A stretch of 64,000 bases of DNA from Sphaerodactylus townsendi (Eukaryota). The notes under the pieces were generated by a model. The model was not told where the DNA came from, ran no database searches, and saw only the letters and a program-made list of their open reading frames with translations. The stretch is taken from contig NW_025950352.1 in NCBI RefSeq assembly GCF_021028975.2, positions 682,001-746,000 on the forward strand, in the 5' to 3' direction. Every line of letters starts with the position of its first letter. Position 1 is the first letter of the stretch. Made by a program: the position numbers and the translations under genes. This document shows positions 61,281 through 64,000 of this stretch, piece after piece.

Positions 61281-64000
61281 CCCCTATATCTCCTTGAGAG
61301 GAGGTTGAGCTGGAGCCCCACCACATCTTTAAGAGGCTGGGAGGTGTCTCCACCACCTGTAAGGCTCCCCGGAGAGGGAAGCTGTAAAGATCAGGAGAAG
61401 AGGGCCAGCAATCCCGGCAAGGGTAGGTTGGAGAATTCAGGAGTAAGGGAGAGAGGAAGGAGACAAAAGAGGAACAAATGCACAAAGAGGCAGGGGTGGA
61501 GGAGCAGGTAACTGTGAAGCATGCTACTCCCCCCCTTGGGAGGCAGGAATCACACTGGAGCAAAGGAGCAGGTCCTTCCATAGAGAGGAAGGCCTCATTC
61601 TGCTCTCCCCCCCACGGGGAACCATCCACAAGATGTCCTTCTAGCTCAAGGGAGAACTACAGCATTTTACTCTCAAAACCCCATAAACGACTACCAAATA
61701 ACGCCACTCTAGACACTGAAGTATAAGTAGTGCATTTCAGGTAACTAAAGCAGTAAAATGTAAATCTCTGGCCTCATTTCAAACTGGTTTCCCCAAACAT
61801 GTAACTCCAAATACTTTCCAAACATGCTTCTTCCTATACTTCCTTCAAATTCAAGCAGACGCTTTTTATCACTTCTTATTCTCACCCTCTGCCCACCTCA
61901 CTACGCTTGCGGGCCCCCTTTAACTCCGCGAGTAATCTTGTTCTCGCCAATGCCACCCCAGCAATTGCCCACTCGGCCGCACCACTCTCCTTGCGCGTGC
62001 ACAGCCTGCTGAAACCTTTAGCCTAGGGCCCCCACGGCCATCAATTGGGAAGGCACATTTGCACTCCAATTTCGCTCGTGGGTTTTCTTCCCAGGCTTCA
62101 GCATAGTTATTACCCGCTACTGTGGGAGATTACCCTGAGTAGTTTTCCCCTACGTCTTTCCGTCACTCTCCAGAAAGGTAGTCCTGCTACCAATCTCACT
62201 TCTGCATTCTTTATTTCTCCACCAATAACTCACAACCCAGCCTGAACACGACACACAAAATAACAAGACGACAACTCACAGGTGAGGAACAGATCATAAA
62301 GATGAAGATCACGCTGAAGGGCAGCTGCTGCCCACTACATCCAGCCAGACCTTGCTAAGACCACAGAACATTCGCTGATTCTACCCAGGGCAGCAACTGG
62401 GATTCTCCTCCCACAGAGCTTTTGAGCGTGAGAAAGCCGCGGATTCCTCATCTGCTGGTAATCAAGAAGATTCCTTTCTTTTCTCTGCTGCATCCTCAAA
62501 TGCAGGCTCCAATGGCCATCTGGTCTGTAGCTGCCAGGAACCAACGAAGCAGCAGGGCCGGTCAGTGCTGCAATACTCTCTACTAAGCCAGATGGTGGCT
62601 TGTGCTGATGAACGTGCAGGTGGGGCACCCACTCACCCAGCCTGCAAGACAAGCAGAGGGACTTCTGGCTGAGTCGTCAAGTGTCTTCTGGTGCCCCCCC
62701 CCCTTCGGGCCACAGTCCCCCCTAGGATTGAGGCTGCTCCCAATAGGGACAGAGGGTCCCTACCTGGGTGGGAAGGGGGGCAACCCCCTGGAGGGGCTCT
62801 CGAGGTGGCTGGGAAGGGAAGCTGGAGAGAGGCTGCAGCGCAGACAGCCTCTCCTCGATCCACCTTCTGCTTCCATGCGATGCACCTGCTGGGTGAAAAT
62901 GCACCAGGGAGAACGCTACTCCTCCTTGCAGGGAGACAGAGGAGGAGGAGGAGGCTGGCACCGGGATGCAAGCGGTGAGGGCCACCCACCCGTCTTGGGC
63001 AGAGGGCTGGAGTGATGGCTGCCCAACATTAGAGCCGCCCAAGAGCGAAGGTGGGCTGGCTGCAGCAGCACCCACCCTGTCCTTTTCCTTTGTAGCTGTT
63101 TGAGAAAGCTTCGCACCTTGGCCGGTATAAGTAGAGAAAGGCCGCGGTTCCATCCTTTTGCAGATCCCGTAGGGAGCCTACAGGTCCGGGGTCAGCCCAC
63201 ACAGAGACACTGGCCGGCCAATCCACGCTTGGACGCTTAGGGTGAAAGCCATAATTCTGGAAAGACCTTCAAAGGCAGAAAAGGAACTAATTAGTCCAAG
63301 CTATTAGTCCTCTGTTATGACTCCTGAAGTTTCTGACCCCTCCCTGACAGGGAACACCTTGGGTGAGAGAGCAAAAGGCAGAAAGAGATTCCTCTGCCTC
63401 TTTCTGCTCCCCTTTCCCCTGCCCTCAGCCACTCGCCACCTTCTGGTCGGAGAGCAGCAACGTGGTATACGTGGACTAATGGTGATAAATAGCTGATAAC
63501 GTGAGTATCTTCCCACGCCCACCTTCATGCTGCAGGAAGGACACGTGAGCCAGATGACAAGCAGGAGAAAGTGCCACACCATCAGGATGGCCCTACAATT
63601 TCAGGGGAAGCTGGCCTGCTCACTGGCTCCACGCCGGGCACACAGACCTGATCTCGCCTCGCGGGTAGCAAGACTCCTTCAGCAGGACAGAGCAGCCTGC
63701 TGCTGGAGCCACCGCTGTGGCACGCGACAGCCTCTTCCTGGTCTTGTTTCTCCAATAGCCACAGACAGTTGGAACGCCAGGTCTTCATGGAGAGAAGGAC
63801 ACATAGATAAGCAGGGCTGACCAGTCTTCTTACTCTCCAAGCTGCCCGCCCGCAGGGAAGCTTCAAGCAGTCACAACATTCCCTCCCGCCAAAAAATCTG
63901 GCTTTCGAACCAAACAATTTCAGGAGGCTTCTCGCCACCATGCAGGATCATGCTCCTCGAGCCCATTTCTACAAGCTCCAAATGACATCTGCAGCAATGC
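61281..64000 (-). pseudogene. Degraded direct duplicate of ~55932-58648 (SHARPIN exons 4-8 plus introns); probable false duplication
   Basis: Colinear, same-orientation copy with many 1-3 nt indels that break the UBL and NZF frames. Its left junction truncates a MITE. Confidence 0.85.

Overview
Vertebrate (squamate reptile, probably gecko, judging by the SINE/CR1/SPIN/BovB repeat content) genomic DNA. It is syntenic with the mammalian OPLAH-EXOSC4-GPAA1-CYC1-SHARPIN cluster. Exon structures were reconstructed by hand, with splice phases checked. OPLAH (-) has 18 coding exons in the window and runs off the left edge. EXOSC4 (+) has 3 exons and is head-to-head with OPLAH, with only ~220 bp between the ATGs. 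GPAA1 (+) has 12 exons (~619 aa), one U12-type intron and one GC-AG intron. CYC1 (+) has 7 exons (~312 aa). The SHARPIN-position gene (-) does not stop after its NZF finger but continues into a complete HOIL-1L/RBCK1-like RING1-IBR-RING2 ligase (14 exons, ~669 aa). Its long intron 8 hides a candidate alternative terminal exon that would give an RBR-less ~442 aa isoform ending in a p62-like LIR motif (DDFIHL). Introns are full of repeats: tRNA-derived SINEs, CR1, L2, BovB/RTE, an R4/Dong-type element in a (TAA)n tract, Penelope-type ends with hammerhead ribozyme cores, palindromic hAT MITEs, a SPIN element and a solo LTR. Several stretches (1-1710, ~14200-16700, ~20880-21300, 61281-64000) are indel-rich, and the last 2.7 kb is a degraded copy of 55932-58648. 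These are most likely assembly/consensus errors rather than biology. There is one N gap at 22442-22590.
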